DNA from: Diadema antillarum
Taxonomy: Eukaryota
Direction: 5' to 3'
NCBI RefSeq assembly: GCF_040938485.1
Contig: NW_027271169.1
Span: 62,001 to 126,000, forward strand
Length of the DNA stretch: 64,000 bases
The position numbers and the translations under genes are program-made. Numbering within the stretch: the first letter of the stretch is position 1; each line of letters begins with the position of its first letter. Shown piece after piece: positions 59,641 to 64,000 of the stretch. The notes beneath the pieces were generated by a model. It had not been told where the DNA came from. It saw nothing but the letters and a program-made list of their open reading frames with translations, and did not search any database.

Positions 59641-62255
59641 AGTCACTTCATGGAATGGAAAATAAGACTTTTTGTTTGACATATTATGTGAGGTGACATC
59701 TACTTCTCCTACACAGTCGTTTTGAGGAGTGAATGACATCGTTTAGTAGTGGTGGTTGTATCACGAATCTGAGGTTAATGATCATACATGCATACTGTGT
59801 CTCGGAAATAAAAACGAAAATGCTGTCGAGAATTCTCGTTAGATATGAAAAAAGTAAAAACTGAATATGGTCGAATTTACCATACTCGTTAGTTAGATGA
59901 ATTGAAACGAATGATTTTTTTAAAATCCATCCTCAGAATATTTGTGATGAGACAAGTAAATTCGAAATGGTTTAACAGTAACATAGTGATATTGTTCACG
60001 ATGTCTTAATAGTCCCTTTGTGCTGACTAATTCTCGATTTCTTTTTTGAAGTTTGAATGTTCTCTAATTATTTCAACATTACCGCATGTATAATGTTAGA
60101 CAGGGTGTATAATATAACGAGAAAAAATAATCGTTTGGCATTTGTGCAATATTCAAGAATTGTCTTTGTGCGAAATATTGAATACATGCTCAAGAAATGG
60201 AGATGACTTCAGGTTTAGAGACAAGTGTCATAAATTGGGCGTTCAATTTTATTACCGGGACACTAGATAAATGTCTGTTATGGACATTATACAGTGGAAA
60301 GGATCAATTAACATTTATATCTATTAAGTCCAATAATCAGTCATCGACTATATTATTTAAGTAGACACCTATATTTCGAATATGTTCATTCAATCTACAC
60401 TTTCTTGATCAGGTTAGCTTATTCAGAGTCATGTAACAGTTCTAATCTTTGTTTTGTGTTGTATATGAGTGCGGATTTTTTCACCGAAAACATATTAATG
60501 GTAAGATAATTTCCAATGTACCGCTGTTTAACTCTCCACGGAGGTTTAAAAGCTAAATTCAGATGATAAACACCTCTTCTAGCCTATATTTTTCTCATTT
60601 CCACAACTATTTGCAAAACCTAATCCAAACATGGCACATGACTACATTCAATTGTGGAAAAATCAGTAGGCTAAGTATAAGAAATAGAACAGAGAAGTTT
60701 GGGAACTTAAGGGTAGAATCATAGTCGCGTGTAATCATAGAACAAAATTAATAAGTAACGTTGTGAATAATACGGAAAAGTACACCACTATGACTGCTTT
60801 AGGGAGCGCCCATGTTGTTGACACAACGCAACATGTTGGGGAATATATGGGATATTGACTTTTATGGGAAGATGGATCGTTCAAATGATATACTTTAATG
60901 GAAGGAAATGTATATGAATGATATTATGATAAATCCATGAGTTATGTTATGATAATAATAATAATAATGAAAACAATAAAAATAGTAGCTGCTACTATGT
61001 ACACCTGCTATGTTCCTCCCAGTAAGGTTCATGACTGTGAGTGCGCACTTTAACCATATACAATAAACCACATGATTCTTTACAATGATTTCTCATCCTC
61101 TCTCTTCCTTCGTTTTTTCTCACTGGCGATGTATTTTCCCGGCAAATAAGTTGAGTCAATGTCAATGTCAGTTTATGAATGTGGTGAAGGGGTATTCTTT
61201 ACGGTTTTTCAGTAGTGGCAGATCTTATACGAGAGTATGATCAGATGATTAAGTGGTTGTGGGTATGTATTCTCGAAATGCTCTTTTAAGCGAACTCAAA
61301 AAGAGGCGGAGTGATTGTTACATATTTCATATAATGCGTCACGACCAACAGCCAATGGCCTGGCTTTCGTAGAGCATTTTATAATCGGCAATAAGTGTTG
61401 AGAATTCAACACATGTCATTATCGTCTGGAGAAAGCTCCAAGGACACTGAAGGATATACAGTTACAGCTTGATAGTCAAATTCCTACGACCAAATAACAT
61501 TCTTCGGTCCTAGAGGGTGCTCGAAAACTGGAAGGAAACATTTCATCGGTAAGAAAACTGTTTCAATCATATTTTTTTCCTCACAACAAAATCCACAACG
61601 GTTTTAACTGAAATTTGCAAACCAATGGTTGCGCTTGAGAGTCAATTTCGCAAACTGTTGAAAAACAGACACGAAAATTTATAACTGAACACACAAGACA
61701 TCAAACACCGTAATTGTAATGATATCATGCCTAATTTATCGAAAATGTATTTCAGTTCACAATTCATAATATTTGTATTTCTTTTGACTGTACTTTAATA
61801 ATTTTATTCTGTTGCTCTTTCAAGAAATTTCAAATTAGTGATCAATTCTCGTTTGAATTCTGATGAGAAATGATAACATTTAACTGTTTTGGAGTAATTT
61901 GGCATAGCATAATAACTCTATAATGTTGTACATTGTACAAACATCAGGATAACGTTTTTGGGAGAATCATATCTTAAACCTCAATTTCATAACCAATTCA
62001 TAACATTTTCTCATCAATGTTGAATTGATTACTAAAGAAATAGTGATATCTGCTAGAATGAGCTCACATGTTGGCAATACAAGGAAACATCAAGTGTTTC
62101 AACATCTTTACTATAGTTGCAAATATTATCCGATGATTCGAAAGTGTTAAAATCAGTGTCTTTCTTCCACATAAGACTTACCCTTTAAAGTAATTAATTC
62201 GTTATCTGCTTTCATCCATTCATTCCCTGAATGTCCAGTATTGGCAGATGTCAGG

Positions 62256-63350
62256 ATGAACACCACATTGGATGTCAGCATCTACGACCCTTATGAGGAC
62301 TTAGTGTTGGTAATCAGTAACAGTGTTTTGGCCTGTGTAGTCGCCTTAATCACGATCACGGGCGTACTCGGCAACAGTTTCGTCATCCTGCTCATCTCAC
62401 TGTCCCGCCAGCTCCAGACCGTCACCAACGTTTTCGTTGTGAGTCTGACCCTCTCCGACCTGATCGGATGCGGCATGATGAGTCTTGAAATTGTGGCATT
62501 ATCAAATTTGGATGGTTGGCCTTTACCAGAATGGGTGTGTCAAATGACAGGTGGGGTGTGCGTTATAGCATTCATTGCAAGTGTAGCCCATCTTGCACTG
62601 ATAAGCATTGATCGATTTGTCCTCATAACCCGTCCCAAAGCCCGGTACATGCGACTCTATAATGGACGAAATATAATCATCATGATAGCCTTTGCCTGGC
62701 TGGCGCCGTTTTTGTCCATTGTCCTGCCAACATCCTTAAGCTTTGGACGTCTCGGGTACAACGCCAAAAACCATTTCTGCGTGTTTGACGGAGATAAGTT
62801 ACAGCTCCGCGTGGTGAACATTTTTGGAGCGGTTATCTTTGCCACAGCTTTTTCCATCATTATGTCATGCTATGTGCGGATCTACCTGTATGTGAGGAAA
62901 CAACATCGCAATCTTTTAAAATTTTACAGGGACAAGCCCGTTAAGTCTGTGGCACCACACAGAAATGAGTCTTCGAACATGCGAATGACTATAGACAAAC
63001 GTGAGATTGAAATCACAAAGAATCTTTTCTTTGTTGTTTGTGGATATTTCGTCTGCGTCCTCCCGAATTCTGTGTGTGTTCTGACAGAATCGTGCTATCT
63101 GAAATATTTCAAATTCACGGCCGTCGTATATTCCATCAATTCCTGCATCAACCCCTTCATCTATTGTTTCAAACAGCCACTTTTCCGTCAAATCTCCCTC
63201 TGCGTATTCCGACGTCGGTGGTCAGATATTCCAAAGCCATCTCCATGGTTACAGCGTTTGGTGACTGTGAAGATGAAGAAAGAAGTTACAACTGGAAGAA
63301 CAGAAATCTCGAAGACGGTCTCAATCTCTGCATCGGTGCAGGATGTATAA
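62256..63350 (+). CDS. Class A orphan GPCR, copy 5 (first in-frame ATG at 62256; the ORF track starts at TTG 62241)
   Basis: Seven TM motifs (DRF, CVLP, NPFIY); closest paralog of copy 4; acceptor at 62238. Confidence 0.93.
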   Translation: MNTTLDVSIYDPYEDLVLVISNSVLACVVALITITGVLGNSFVILLISLSRQLQTVTNVFVVSLTLSDLIGCGMMSLEIVALSNLDGWPLPEWVCQMTGGVCVIAFIASVAHLALISIDRFVLITRPKARYMRLYNGRNIIIMIAFAWLAPFLSIVLPTSLSFGRLGYNAKNHFCVFDGDKLQLRVVNIFGAVIFATAFSIIMSCYVRIYLYVRKQHRNLLKFYRDKPVKSVAPHRNESSNMRMTIDKREIEITKNLFFVVCGYFVCVLPNSVCVLTESCYLKYFKFTAVVYSINSCINPFIYCFKQPLFRQISLCVFRRRWSDIPKPSPWLQRLVTVKMKKEVTTGRTEISKTVSISASVQDV

Positions 63351-63852
63351 GGAACAAGAGCTCCGACGCCCACACATTTAAAATTAGACGGCGTACGAGC
63401 AAAGATCAGATCGAAATAACAAATACCCTTTTTATTATAGGTTGAATAATGTCGTTTTTGTTTTAAGGACCATTCTAGTCAATTCTTTCTTAGAATGGAG
63501 GGGAAGGCGTTGACCTTTTTGTTCTTCTTTAGAAAAATGCAATTAATTTGTCATGATATACATGTAGTATTTATAATTCGTCCGAAGAAATTATGAATTA
63601 TAATTTGAGATGATTGATTGTTTCAAAACTTTGCCTATTTTGAACACTAATCGCATGCCATTTCGTTGTTATTATATTATTATTTTTCCTTCTGGCTTAC
63701 AAGTAGGGAAAAACAGATTTAAAAAAAAAAACCCAATCAAACAAACGCGTATGCATATCTGGCATATGATACCTTAGTAGTATCTTTGATATTCAGATGA
63801 TTCTTTAAGGAAGGCGTTTGCATGGTGTTGCACATAGCATATGCTCGGTTTT

Positions 63853-64000
63853 CGGTTCACCATGTGTGAGTCCTTAAAAGGACTGTTAGAATGACAGGAG
63901 GAAAGAAAAAGGATAGGATGAGAGGCAAGAATTGAGTAAGAGTATTCTTTCTGGAGTGTGTGTAGTCCTGAAAATGACTGTGAACCGGAGAGGGATAGAA
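63853..64000 (-). mobile_element. Second copy of the Penelope-like fragment, truncated by the window end
   Basis: CGGTTCACCATGTG...GTATTCTTTCT...AGTCCTG.AAA.GACTGTGAACC aligns with 4420-4600. Confidence 0.55.

Noticed and set aside
38809-63350. Opsin or biogenic-amine receptor identity for the GPCRs
   Set aside because: Position 7.43 is Ser (no retinal Lys) and 3.32 is not Asp
38838-63445. Recurrent antisense and alternate-frame ORFs overlapping each GPCR (e.g. 47931-48368, 58587-59033)
   Set aside because: They recur only because the GPCR DNA is duplicated; lengths and stops vary between copies and no domain is recognisable

Overview
AT-rich, intron-containing animal genomic DNA. The GPCR family and repeat landscape suggest an echinoderm such as a sea urchin (inference). 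Bases 1-15.5 kb hold the last 11 coding exons (TM3 to stop) of a plus-strand SLC6 Na+/Cl- glycine/amino-acid transporter whose 5' exons lie upstream of the window. Bases 16-33 kb are intergenic and transposon-rich, with a 152-N gap. Bases 33-64 kb hold a tandem array of five intact, single-coding-exon class A orphan GPCRs, each apparently with a non-coding first exon. The strongest observation is modular gene conversion in the array: TM1-TM2 and ICL3-TM7 are homogenised between paralogs, while TM3-TM5 is synonymously near-saturated and differs in pocket charges. Other highlights are a minimal hammerhead ribozyme relic in a Penelope-like repeat, a THAP-bearing element nested in a tandemly amplified Harbinger MITE, a complete Helentron-type HINE, and insertions whose empty sites are visible in the paralogous duplicate. 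All calls are by eye; no database searches were run.
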